Of a stretch of 64,000 nucleotides of DNA, positions 28,147 to 36,991 are shown piece by piece. Positions within the stretch are counted from its first letter, which is position 1. The number at the start of each line of letters is the position of its first letter. This stretch comes from Acidobacteriota bacterium (GTDB lineage: Bacteria; Acidobacteriota; UBA890; WLXD01): NCBI GenBank assembly GCA_965248695.1, contig CBDFKD010000002.1:1312001-1376000 (forward strand), in the 5' to 3' direction. The position numbers and the translations under genes were made by a program. The notes beneath the pieces were generated by a model that worked only from the letters and a program-made list of their open reading frames with translations, had not been told where the DNA came from and made no database searches.

Positions 28147-29166
28147 ATGAGCCTGGCAGATATCGCGCAACAAATCGTGGCGCCGCAGAAGGGGGTCCTC
28201 GCAGCCGACGAGAGCTCGCCCACCATCAAGAAGCGCTTCGACTCCATCGGCGTCGAATCGACCGAGGAGGCGCGGCGGTCCTACCGTCAGCTGTTGTTCA
28301 CCGCCACCGCCGCCGCCCCCTACATCGGCGGCGTCATTCTGTTCGACGAAACGCTGCGGCAGAGCTCGGGTGACGGCGTACCGTTCTCCAAGGTGCTCAG
28401 CGACCAGAGCATCGTGCCGGGCATCAAGGTCGACAAGGGCGCCAAGGATCTAGTCGGCTGCCCCGGCGAGAAGGTCACCGAGGGGCTCGACGGCCTGCGC
28501 GAGCGTCTCGCCGAGTACTACGAGCTCGGAGCCCGTTTCACCAAGTGGCGTGCCGTTATCACCATAGGCAACAACATACCGAGCCGCACCTGCATCGAGG
28601 CCAATGCGCACGGGCTGGCGCGCTTCGCGGCGCTGACTCAGGAAGCCAACATGGTGCCGATCGTCGAGCCGGAGGTGTTGATGGCCGGCGACCACACCAT
28701 CGAGCGCTGCGCCGAGGCCACCGAGGCCACGCTTGCCGAGGTCTATCACCAGCTACACATCCAGCGCGTCGAGCTGGAGGGAACGCTGCTGAAGCCCAAC
28801 ATGGTGGTATCGGGCGATCAGTGCCCCGTGCAGGCCGACCGCGACGCCGTCGCCGAGGCGACCATTCGCATCCTGCGGCGCACCGTACCGGGAGCAGTTC
28901 CGGGCATCGTGTTCCTCTCCGGCGGGCTGTCGGAGATCGACGCCACCGACTTCCTCAACGCCATGAACCAGCGTGGGACCCACCCGTGGGAGCTCAGCTA
29001 CTCGTTCGGACGGGCTCTGCAGGCGTCGGCGCTCAAGGCGTGGGGCGGAGAGGCCGACAACGAAGAGGCGGCTCAGAACGCCTTCGCACACCGGGCGCGC
29101 TGCAATGGTCTGGCGCGTAGCGGCGATTACTCCGCCACCGTCGAGGGCAGCGAGGCCGCCGCGTAG
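28147..29166 (+). CDS. Fructose-bisphosphate aldolase class I (eukaryote-like type)
   Basis: KGVLAADES, GIKVDKG, KWRAV, PIVEPEV, LLKPNMV, FLSGG, SFGRALQ. Confidence 0.96.
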   Translation: MSLADIAQQIVAPQKGVLAADESSPTIKKRFDSIGVESTEEARRSYRQLLFTATAAAPYIGGVILFDETLRQSSGDGVPFSKVLSDQSIVPGIKVDKGAKDLVGCPGEKVTEGLDGLRERLAEYYELGARFTKWRAVITIGNNIPSRTCIEANAHGLARFAALTQEANMVPIVEPEVLMAGDHTIERCAEATEATLAEVYHQLHIQRVELEGTLLKPNMVVSGDQCPVQADRDAVAEATIRILRRTVPGAVPGIVFLSGGLSEIDATDFLNAMNQRGTHPWELSYSFGRALQASALKAWGGEADNEEAAQNAFAHRARCNGLARSGDYSATVEGSEAAA

Positions 29167-29170
29167 GCGT

Positions 29171-29842
29171 TCAGACGGTGGTGCGCATCTCGTCGAGCGG
29201 CTTGCGTCCGATATCAGGAACGCGGCAATCGTCGGCCGGGTAGCCGACCACGAGGATCAAGAAGGCGCTCTCGTTGTCGGGTCGCCCGAGAATCTCGTTG
29301 AGGAACCCCATGGGGCTCGGTGTGTGCGTCAGCGACGCCAGCCCGGCCTCGTGAACCGCGGCGATCAGCATGCCGGTGGCCAAGCCGACCGATTCGACAG
29401 CGTAGTAGTGCTTCACCTTGCGTCCGTCGGGTAGCCGCCCCCAGCGCTGTACGAACACCACGATCAGCGCCGGCGCCTCTTCGAGGAAGGGCTTGTGCTC
29501 GTCGGTTCCCAGCGGAGCGAGCGCCTCCAGCCACTCCTGGGGAGCACGCTGGGTGTAGAACTCGCGCTCCTCTTCCTCGGCGGCGGCGCGCAGCTGTCCC
29601 TTGACCTCCGGATCCGTCACCACGACGAAGTGCCATGGCTGCATGTTGGCGCCGCTCGGTGCACTGCCGGCGGCCCGGATGCAGTCATCGATCACCTCCG
29701 GGGGCGGCGGACGTGAGTCGAACTCCCGCACCGTTCGGCGGCGCGAGAGGTTTTCGAAGAAGGCGCGCGCCCGGCGACGCATCTCTTCGGCCGGGTACTC
29801 TTCATACGCCGGCAACGGAACGAAGTCGGCCAGCTCAGTCAT
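29171..29842 (-). CDS. Iodotyrosine deiodinase-like nitroreductase
   Basis: [43 protein letters not shown]. Confidence 0.85.
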   Translation of the reverse strand: MTELADFVPLPAYEEYPAEEMRRRARAFFENLSRRRTVREFDSRPPPPEVIDDCIRAAGSAPSGANMQPWHFVVVTDPEVKGQLRAAAEEEEREFYTQRAPQEWLEALAPLGTDEHKPFLEEAPALIVVFVQRWGRLPDGRKVKHYYAVESVGLATGMLIAAVHEAGLASLTHTPSPMGFLNEILGRPDNESAFLILVVGYPADDCRVPDIGRKPLDEMRTTV

Positions 29843-30005
29843 TTGTTCCTCGCTCAGTGCACAGTGCGCTGCGCCACTCGTAGGAGCTACCGGGGTGTCA
29901 CTGTGGCGATCTGCGTCGGATCTTCCGGGTTCGTTGTAGCCTACCTTCCTCGCCTAGCTAGACGCGGTTCCTCTTTCCCGTCACTGTCCCGACTGAATCG
30001 AGAGC

Positions 30006-30944
30006 TCAGGGCATGGCGCTGACGCGATGCTCTTGCGGACTGAGGCCTCGCACTCGTTTGAAGGCCGTGCTGAGGGCAAACGGACTGCTGTAGCCCACCT
30101 GGTCGGCCACCGAACCGACCGTTGCGTCCGGTTCGCACAGCAGATCGGCGGCCAAGGCCAAGCGCCATCCGGTAAGGAACGTCATCGGCGGCTCGCCAAC
30201 GACTTCGTGAAACCGTCGAGCCAGCGCCGCGCGCGAAACACCGGTCTCCGCTGCAAGGCCGGCCACCGTCCACGGATGGGCAGGATCGCTGTGCATGGCG
30301 CGAAGCACACGCCCGACGACGGGATCGCTCTGGGACCGATACCACGCGGGGGCGTCGGCCTCAGGTCGAGCGAAGCAAGTCCGCAGAACTTGGATAAGGA
30401 GCAGATCGATCAGCCGGTCGAGAACTGCCGCCTGGCCAGGTTCGTCCTTCACGACTTCGTCGCAGAGCAATGACACCAGTGGCGAGTCCCACTGATCGTG
30501 TGACAGGGACAAGATCGGTGGCAACGCCCGGAGCAGTCGATCGCTGATGTCTCCGACGGACCCGTAGGCACTGACGAGCATCACGGTGGAGCCGGCTGGG
30601 TCGTTGCCCCAGGTCCGCACGCCGAGAGACATCTCCTCCCGCATGGATTCGCCATCCAGCGACCGGCATTGCTGACCGGGGTGGATCACGATGTCGGGCG
30701 ACCGCGTCGGGTCATCGGCGACGTTGTAGTGGTTTGGGCCGCGAGTGACCGCTACGTCGCCGACATCGAGACGCACCGCTTCGTCGTCGTCGGGCACGAC
30801 CCACGCTCCGCCCTGAACTATGGCGAGCACCGTGAGCGGCGCTTCGGCGAGGACTCGTAGCGACCACGGTGGGCTCATCAGGGTGCGCAGCGCGAACGCG
30901 CCACGTGCCCGCGGACCATCGAGCAACCCCACGAAAGGATCCAT
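30006..30944 (-). CDS. AraC-family regulator with cupin domain
   Basis: LLDGPRARGAF, PWTVAGLA..SRAALARRF, VGYSSPFALSTAFKR. Confidence 0.92.
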   Translation of the reverse strand: MDPFVGLLDGPRARGAFALRTLMSPPWSLRVLAEAPLTVLAIVQGGAWVVPDDDEAVRLDVGDVAVTRGPNHYNVADDPTRSPDIVIHPGQQCRSLDGESMREEMSLGVRTWGNDPAGSTVMLVSAYGSVGDISDRLLRALPPILSLSHDQWDSPLVSLLCDEVVKDEPGQAAVLDRLIDLLLIQVLRTCFARPEADAPAWYRSQSDPVVGRVLRAMHSDPAHPWTVAGLAAETGVSRAALARRFHEVVGEPPMTFLTGWRLALAADLLCEPDATVGSVADQVGYSSPFALSTAFKRVRGLSPQEHRVSAMP

Positions 30945-31062
30945 GCCCTTCAGCTTAGACGACCACACATGAAGTTGAGCATCTGAGCCATGGCTCGTTC
31001 GGTTGGCCGCCCGCACACTCTTGGTATGGATGGGATGGCTCGAACCGAATGGAGGTGCACAG

Positions 31063-31905
31063 ATGTACGAGACCACACCAACTACCCTCGTTGTTGGCGC
31101 CAGCGGCAAGACCGGACGACGGGTGACCGACCTGCTGACGGCCGCCGGACATCCGGTGCGGGCCGCATCCCGCTCCGGCGAAACCCGGTTCGACTGGAAT
31201 GACGACGATACCTGGGCTCCAGCCCTGGAAGGGGTGCATGCCGCGTACATCACCTACTATCCCGATCTCGCCTTCCCGGGCGCCGCGGACGTCGTCGGTG
31301 ACTTCGCCGACTTGGCCGTCGCCCATGGAGTTCGCAGGCTTGTGCTGCTTTCCGGACGCGGAGAAGACGGCGCCCGCCAGGCAGAGCTGCGAGTCGAGAA
31401 CTCGGGCGCCGACTGGACGCTCGTACGTTGTGCGTTCTTCAACCAGAACTTTAGCGAGACCTTCGTCGACGCGGTTCGCCACGGCGTACTCACCATGCCT
31501 GGCGGAGATACGGCTGAGCCGTTCTTGGATGCCGACGATATCGCCGACGTCGTCTTCGCCGCCCTGACCGACGACCGCCACATCGGGCAGCTTTACGAGC
31601 TGACGGGTCCCCGCCTCCTTACGCTCGCTGATGCGGTGGACGAAATCGGCGCAGCGAGAGGGCGCGAAGTCAGATACGTACCGGTGACCCCGGGCGAATA
31701 CGCCGCGGAGCTCGTGCGACACGGGTTGCCCCGAGAGGAGGCCAGTCCCCTCTCAGAGCTGATCGCCGAGGTGCTCGATGGTCGGAACGCGCATCTTGCC
31801 GACGGTGTGTACCGGGCTCTCGGGCGTCCTCCTCGTGACTTCGCTGACTATGCCCGCGACACAGCGGCGACCGGCGTCTGGAACCTCCGGGGAGAGGTCT
31901 CATGA
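31063..31905 (+). CDS. NmrA-like NAD(P)-binding protein
   Basis: GASGKTG, LLSGRGE, YELTGP; GGAGG RBS. Confidence 0.9.
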   Translation: MYETTPTTLVVGASGKTGRRVTDLLTAAGHPVRAASRSGETRFDWNDDDTWAPALEGVHAAYITYYPDLAFPGAADVVGDFADLAVAHGVRRLVLLSGRGEDGARQAELRVENSGADWTLVRCAFFNQNFSETFVDAVRHGVLTMPGGDTAEPFLDADDIADVVFAALTDDRHIGQLYELTGPRLLTLADAVDEIGAARGREVRYVPVTPGEYAAELVRHGLPREEASPLSELIAEVLDGRNAHLADGVYRALGRPPRDFADYARDTAATGVWNLRGEVS

Positions 31906-32384
31906 GCTCCTTCGCTCAAACGATGACGATCATTTGCACTATCGGTGCGGCAACTGCGGCCGGAGCGTTCTTCACCTTCTCCACGTTCACCATCCAGGGG
32001 CTGAAGCGCCTTGCCCCGGAGCAAGGGGCGGCTGCGATGCAGGCGATCAACAGGGAAGCACCGACGCCGCCTTTCATGTTGCTGCTATTCGGCACGGGCG
32101 CCGCTTGCCTCGTTCTAATGACCTATGCGGCGACACATCTTCAAGACCCTGGCTCCAGGTACCACTTGGTCGCCGGAGCTCTGTACATCCTCGGTGTGGT
32201 GCTGCTCACGGGCGGCTACCACGTACCCCGCAACAACATTCTGGACGGCCTAGATCCGAACACCACGGAAGGGGTCGCCTACTGGGCGACGTACCTCGAG
32301 GAGTGGGTGAGGATGAACCACGTCCGCACGGTCGCTCCGTTTGTAGCGGCCGTCCTGCTCGCATTGTCGCTACGCATGGAATAA
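31902..32384 (+). CDS. DUF1772 / anthrone oxygenase-family membrane protein
   Basis: FFTFSTF, AMQAIN, HVPRNN, WVRMNHVRT. Confidence 0.85.
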   Translation: MSSFAQTMTIICTIGAATAAGAFFTFSTFTIQGLKRLAPEQGAAAMQAINREAPTPPFMLLLFGTGAACLVLMTYAATHLQDPGSRYHLVAGALYILGVVLLTGGYHVPRNNILDGLDPNTTEGVAYWATYLEEWVRMNHVRTVAPFVAAVLLALSLRME

Positions 32385-32391
32385 CCAGCAA

Positions 32392-32419
32392 GGTGGAGGC
32401 GGCGGGAATTGAACCCGCG
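32392..32419 (-). other. Isolated tmRNA/tRNA-like 3' fragment (att-like)
   Basis: Minus strand CGCGGGTTCAATTCCCGCCGCCTCCACC = T-arm plus acceptor strand; no 5' part present. Confidence 0.7.
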
Positions 32420-32423
32420 CCTC

Positions 32424-32828
32424 TTAGGCCAAATGGATCAGGATCTCGCGCTCGCGTGGCGGGCGGCGATGTTCCCAGACGAAGATGCCCTGCCAGGTGC
32501 CGAGGCCGAGTCGTCCGTCGATCACCGGAATCGACAACGACGTGGCGGTCAGGGCGGCCTTGATGTGCGCCGGCATATCGTCGGGGCCCTCGGAGGTATG
32601 GGTGTAGAGCGGATCGTCTTCAGGGACGAGCTGGTCGAGCCAGGCTTCGAGATCGCGCCGGGCGGAGGGATCGGCGTTTTCCTGGATCGTCAGGCTGGCC
32701 GAGGTGTGGCGCATGAAGAGGGTACAGATTCCCTCGTCGATCCCCGCGGCGCCGACCACCTCGGCCACGGCGGCGGTGATCTCGTGTAGCCCGGTTCTCG
32801 GGGCTCGCGTTGCCAGACGATGGACCAT
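32424..32828 (-). CDS. yjbQ: YjbQ/UPF0047 family protein
   Basis: HTSASLTIQENADP, EGPDDMPAHIK, LGTWQGIF. Confidence 0.93.
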   Translation of the reverse strand: MVHRLATRAPRTGLHEITAAVAEVVGAAGIDEGICTLFMRHTSASLTIQENADPSARRDLEAWLDQLVPEDDPLYTHTSEGPDDMPAHIKAALTATSLSIPVIDGRLGLGTWQGIFVWEHRRPPREREILIHLA

Positions 32829-32956
32829 GGTCGGATTCTATCCGCGGCGAACGGACGCCGTGGCCCGCGATTACCGACCGCGCTTGGCCGTCGTTGGCCG
32901 CTCCTGTCCGCTTCTGTCCGAGTATGATGTGCGCGTCCCCAGCCTAGGAGGCGTGC

Positions 32957-33256
32957 ATGAGAAGGCTCAGTATCATCCTGGCAGCGCTGTTCATGGTGGC
33001 AGGATTCGCGACCGAAATCGGCGCCTACGGCGAGCGCCGCATGCGGCCACGCCAGCCGATCCCGTATGCCATTCAAGCCCGCGGTGGCTTGCCGCCGGTG
33101 GCCTACTACGGGCGACCGCTCTACCGCGGCTACTACGGTGGCTACGGCCGTTCGTACGGGTACGCTCCGCGCTACGGGTTCCGTTCTTACGGGTATCGGT
33201 CGTACGGCTACCGGAGCTACGGCTACCGCTCGTACGGTTATCGCCGCTGGCGATAG
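32957..33256 (+). CDS. Small secreted Tyr/Gly/Arg-rich repeat protein
   Basis: AGGAGG RBS, signal peptide, (RSYGY)n tail. Confidence 0.7.
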   Translation: MRRLSIILAALFMVAGFATEIGAYGERRMRPRQPIPYAIQARGGLPPVAYYGRPLYRGYYGGYGRSYGYAPRYGFRSYGYRSYGYRSYGYRSYGYRRWR

Positions 33257-33347
33257 TCGCCAAGAAAGCCGCGGCCGGGGGAAACCGGAACCAGATCAGG
33301 GGCAAAGGAGTCTTCGGACCCTGCTTCTTCTCTGCCCGCCGGTATCC

Positions 33348-33920
33348 ATGTCCCGACCGCAGCTCGTCTCCTCGATAGCCGTCGCCACAACCGTCGCCCT
33401 GGTGGCGTGGACCCTGGCGATCACCGGCTACGGGGGAGATCCAGCCGTCGCTGCGGCGGGCGTGGCAATGCTCAGCGAGCCTGCGCCCGCCGCCGCGTTC
33501 ACGCTCGAGCGACTCGACGGGACCCCGATGCGCTCGTCGGGCCTGCGCGGCAAGGTGGTGGTGCTCGACGTCTGGGCGTCCTGGTGCGGGCCCTGCTTGA
33601 CCGAGATACCGCGCTACAACGAGCTCTACGACGAGTATCAGGACAGCGACGTCGAAGTGATCGGCATCGCGGTGCAATCGGGCGGCGCTTCGACCCTGCA
33701 GGAATTCGTCAGCCGCGATCGCTTCCGCATCGACTACACGGTGGTCATGGGCACGGCGGAGTTCGAGGAGCGATTCGGCCCGCTCTGGGGCCTGCCCACG
33801 ACCCTGCTGATCGATGCGGACTGGCAGATACGCAAGCGCTGGATCGGCGCCGTGCCGACCAAGCACGACGAGCTTCGGGTGCTGATCGACCAGTTGCTGG
33901 CGGGCGCGGTCGCCGACTAG
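33348..33920 (+). CDS. TlpA-family thiol-disulfide oxidoreductase
   Basis: GKVVVLDVWASWCGPC, GLPTTLLID. Confidence 0.9.
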   Translation: MSRPQLVSSIAVATTVALVAWTLAITGYGGDPAVAAAGVAMLSEPAPAAAFTLERLDGTPMRSSGLRGKVVVLDVWASWCGPCLTEIPRYNELYDEYQDSDVEVIGIAVQSGGASTLQEFVSRDRFRIDYTVVMGTAEFEERFGPLWGLPTTLLIDADWQIRKRWIGAVPTKHDELRVLIDQLLAGAVAD

Positions 33921-34091
33921 CTGCTGCGGACGGGCAGAGCCGCGACGAACCGATCCGCCACCAACATCGCCTCAGTAGATCGATGGCGCGGCGTCGTCGG
34001 TCGGTCGGGCGGTGGGCGGAAACCCTTGCTCGCGGTTCGTCTCAGCCGCCTGCGGACTGACCTGACCCCGCGGTTAGTACCATGTCTTATC

Positions 34092-34985
34092 TCAGTAACT
34101 CGGTGCTGACAAGAGGTTGTTGAGGCCGGCGAAGCGGAGCGCAGCCGGCTTCAACAACGTCGCTTCGGGTGCGGGCGGCCGATAGCTCAGCGAGCTGTGC
34201 GGTCGCATGCGGTTGTAGTGCTGACGCCATCTCTCGATCAGAACCTTTGCCTCCTTGAGCGTGTAGAAGATCTCTCCATCCAGCAGCTCGTCGCGTAGCT
34301 TGCCGTTGAAGCTCTCCACGTAACCGTTCTCCCACGGCGAGCCCGGCTCGATGAACAGCGTCCCCACGCCCAACCGGCCCAGCCAGTCGCGAACCGCCTC
34401 GGCGGTGAACTCTGGTCCGTTATCCGACCGGATGTGCTCAGGTATGCCCCGGTGTACGAACAACCTCCCGAGCTGCTCCAGCACGTCCTCAGAGTTGAGC
34501 TTCCGTGCTACATGGATCGCCAGGCTTTCTCGTGTGTACTCATCGACGATCGTCAGCAGCCTCATAGCCCGACCGTCGTGCGTCCGGTGGTGCAGGAAGT
34601 CATACGCCCAGACATGATCCCGGTGCTGTGGGCGCAGCCGGATGCAGGAGCCATCGCTCAGCCACAGCCGTGCTCGTTTGGGCTGTTTTCTCGGTACTTT
34701 CAGCCCTTCGCGCCGCCAGATACGCTGCACTCGTTTGTGGTTCACGGACCAGCCCTCCATGCGCAGCAACGCTGTCACCCTCCGATATCCGTAGCGCCCG
34801 TACTGTCGGGCTAAATCCACGATCCGCTCCGTCAAAATCTGCTCCTGTTGCGGCTCTCTTGGCACGTACCGGTGTGTCGTGCGTGGTTGTTTCAGTACCC
34901 GACACGCCCGCCTCTCCGAGACGCCCAGCCGCCCCCGTACATGTGCCACCGCCTCTCGCCGCCGAGCTGGGCTCAGAAGTTTCCC
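34092..34985 (-). CDS. IS3 OrfB DDE transposase (expressed via -1 frameshift)
   Basis: YGYRRV, WAYDF, RSDNGPEF, PWENGYVESFNG. Confidence 0.93.
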   Translation of the reverse strand, partial: GKLLSPARRREAVAHVRGRLGVSERRACRVLKQPRTTHRYVPREPQQEQILTERIVDLARQYGRYGYRRVTALLRMEGWSVNHKRVQRIWRREGLKVPRKQPKRARLWLSDGSCIRLRPQHRDHVWAYDFLHHRTHDGRAMRLLTIVDEYTRESLAIHVARKLNSEDVLEQLGRLFVHRGIPEHIRSDNGPEFTAEAVRDWLGRLGVGTLFIEPGSPWENGYVESFNGKLRDELLDGEIFYTLKEAKVLIERWRQHYNRMRPHSSLSYRPPAPEATLLKPAALRFAGLNNLLSAPSY

Positions 34986-35251
34986 TCCGCCACTTCCTTC
35001 AGGATCGACAGGTCGAGTTCCTTTTCCGCCACCAGCCTCTTGAGCCGGGCATTCTCCTTCTCCAGTTGCTTGAGCTTTCTGGCCTGGTTGAGCTTCAGTC
35101 CGCCGTACTCTCGCCGCCACCGGTAGTAGGTGTGCTCGGTGATTGCTAGCTTGCGGCAGGCATCCTTGACCGTCGCCCCTCGAGCCAGCTCCACCTCAGC
35201 CTCCCGGAGCTTGCGTACGATCTGCTCGGCGCTGTGCCTCTTACTCGGCAT
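34973..35251 (-). CDS. IS3 OrfA
   Basis: EQIVRKLRE..TYYRWRREYGG..LEKENARLKRLVA. Confidence 0.93.
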   Translation of the reverse strand: MPSKRHSAEQIVRKLREAEVELARGATVKDACRKLAITEHTYYRWRREYGGLKLNQARKLKQLEKENARLKRLVAEKELDLSILKEVAEGNF

Positions 35252-35317
35252 TCTGACCTCCCGTTCTTGACCCAGATCGTGAGATTACATCCGGATCCGT
35301 TTTCGGGGGTCAGGTCA

Positions 35318-35568
35318 CAACGGCAAGCTCCGAGACGAGCTGCTGAACGGCGAGATCTTCTACACGCTCAAGGAGGCGCAGTGCTTGGTGCACCGCTGGC
35401 GCCGCCAGTACAACCAGGTGCGGCCCCATAGCTCGTTGGGCTATCGACCGCCTGCACCCGAAGCGACGTTGTTGCAGCCGGCTACGCTCCGCTTCGCCAG
35501 CTCCAACAATCTCTTGCCAGTACCGATTCTATGAGTTACGAAGTGGCCCAAACACTTGGGGCAGGTCA
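35318..35568 (+). pseudogene. 3' remnant of a second related IS3 element
   Basis: NGKLRDELLNGEIFYTLKEA..RPHSSLGYRPPAPE; ends in IR GGGGCAGGTCA. Confidence 0.9.
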
Positions 35569-35642
35569 CACCGAAAGAACGGGCGTCGTGTTCCACAACT
35601 GCGGGCGGGACCAGAAAGGCCGACTGCTATGATCGCGGCGCG

Positions 35643-36389
35643 ATGAGACCCCCAAACCCGGCGAACTTTCGATGGCGCGGCGAGCGTATGTCTCGCGTCG
35701 AGGCACTCAGCGACGCAGTCTTTGCGTTCGCCGTGACCCTCCTCATCGTGTCACTCGATCCGCCGACGTCGTTTCAGGATCTGACCGCCGCCCTTGCCCG
35801 CTTTCCCGGGTTCGCGATCAGCTTCCTGTTCCTCTTGCTGATCTGGTATCAGCACTACCTGTTCTTCCGCCGCTACGGTCTGCAAGACACGAAGACCATT
35901 TGGCTCAACGGCATGCTGCTGTTCGTGGTGCTGTTCTTCGTGTACCCACTGCGCTTCCTGATGGCGCTGCTGGCGCAGATCTTCGGCGGTGGGGGTGACT
36001 GGAGCGTCCTGCGCTACACCGAATGGCAATGGCTCATGGTGATCTACGGCGCCGGGTTCATGGCGGTGTACGGATTGCTCGCGGCGATGGTGGCGCACGC
36101 CAAGTCACGGAGCGAAGACTTGCAGCTGACCGCCCTGGAGATGCACGAGACGCGGGGGCTCATCGGCACGCACCTGATCCAGGTGGGCGCCGGAGCCCTG
36201 TCGGTGGCCCTGGCGCTGGCTTTGCCGCGTCCGTACGGAATCCCCATCGCTGGTTGGGTGTATGGAATGCTGTTCCCGGCCCACTTTCTGCACCAGCGTC
36301 GCAGCAATCGCACCGCCCCGGACCCGGCCGCTGCTACGGATCAGTCGCCGGACGGCGTCCAGATCGGCTCTGCCACGCCGCGCTCGTGA
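35643..36389 (+). CDS. TMEM175 (DUF1211) family channel
   Basis: RVEALSDAVFAFAVTLL, SF..IWYQH..F. Confidence 0.85.
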   Translation: MRPPNPANFRWRGERMSRVEALSDAVFAFAVTLLIVSLDPPTSFQDLTAALARFPGFAISFLFLLLIWYQHYLFFRRYGLQDTKTIWLNGMLLFVVLFFVYPLRFLMALLAQIFGGGGDWSVLRYTEWQWLMVIYGAGFMAVYGLLAAMVAHAKSRSEDLQLTALEMHETRGLIGTHLIQVGAGALSVALALALPRPYGIPIAGWVYGMLFPAHFLHQRRSNRTAPDPAAATDQSPDGVQIGSATPRS

Positions 36390-36904
36390 TTCTCGTAGCG
36401 AGCCATCGCGAACAGCAGGTCGGATAGTCGGTTCAGATACGGAACCACGACGTCGCCGACCTCTTCCTCGGCGCCCAGCGTGATTGCGGCGCGCTCGGCC
36501 CGCCGGCACACCGTACGGGCCACATGAAGCGCCGCTGCGCCCGCGGCTCCCCCCGGCAAGACGAAGTTCTCGAGATCGCCGGTCACCTCGTTGAGCTCGT
36601 CGATCGACGCCTCCAGCCGCGCCACCTGCGTCGCCTGGATGCGCGGCACCGCGAAGTCGATCTGGGCACCGAGGGGTGTGGCCAGATCGCCGCCCAGGTC
36701 CAGGAGCTCGTTCTGCAGCCGCTGCAACTCGACGCTCAGTCGTGGCACGACGCCGATCGCGAGAGCGCTTCCGATGTGGGAGTTGAGCTCGTCGACCTCG
36801 CCGTATGCCACCACCCGCGGTGAGTCCTTACGTACGTCGGTGCCATCGGCGAGCCGTGTGGTGCCGCCGTCGCCATTACGCGTGTATAGCCGCGTCAGTC
36901 GCAT
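36341..36904 (-). CDS. Cob(I)alamin adenosyltransferase, PduO type
   Basis: LYTRNGDGGTT, AYGEVDELNS, FVLPGG, ARTVCRRAER, YLNRLSDLLF. Confidence 0.92.
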   Translation of the reverse strand: MRLTRLYTRNGDGGTTRLADGTDVRKDSPRVVAYGEVDELNSHIGSALAIGVVPRLSVELQRLQNELLDLGGDLATPLGAQIDFAVPRIQATQVARLEASIDELNEVTGDLENFVLPGGAAGAAALHVARTVCRRAERAAITLGAEEEVGDVVVPYLNRLSDLLFAMARYENHERGVAEPIWTPSGD

Positions 36905-36991
36905 GCACCGAGGATACACTCCACCGGGGAATCGCTCGGCGACCCGCGGCCGGCGAGGAGACCCGGCGGTGGCCCGGCGACCCGCGCGTCG

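Larger units (their letters stand above)
34058..35317 (-). mobile_element. IS3-family (IS407-like) insertion sequence, 1260 bp
   Basis: Terminal IRs TGACCTGACCCC; orfA/orfB; GGGAAAC slippery site at 34979-34985. Confidence 0.93.

Noticed and set aside
33921-34057. Possible structured element left of the IS
   Set aside because: Only short IRs (GACGAACC/GGTTCGTC) in GC-rich DNA; insufficient support
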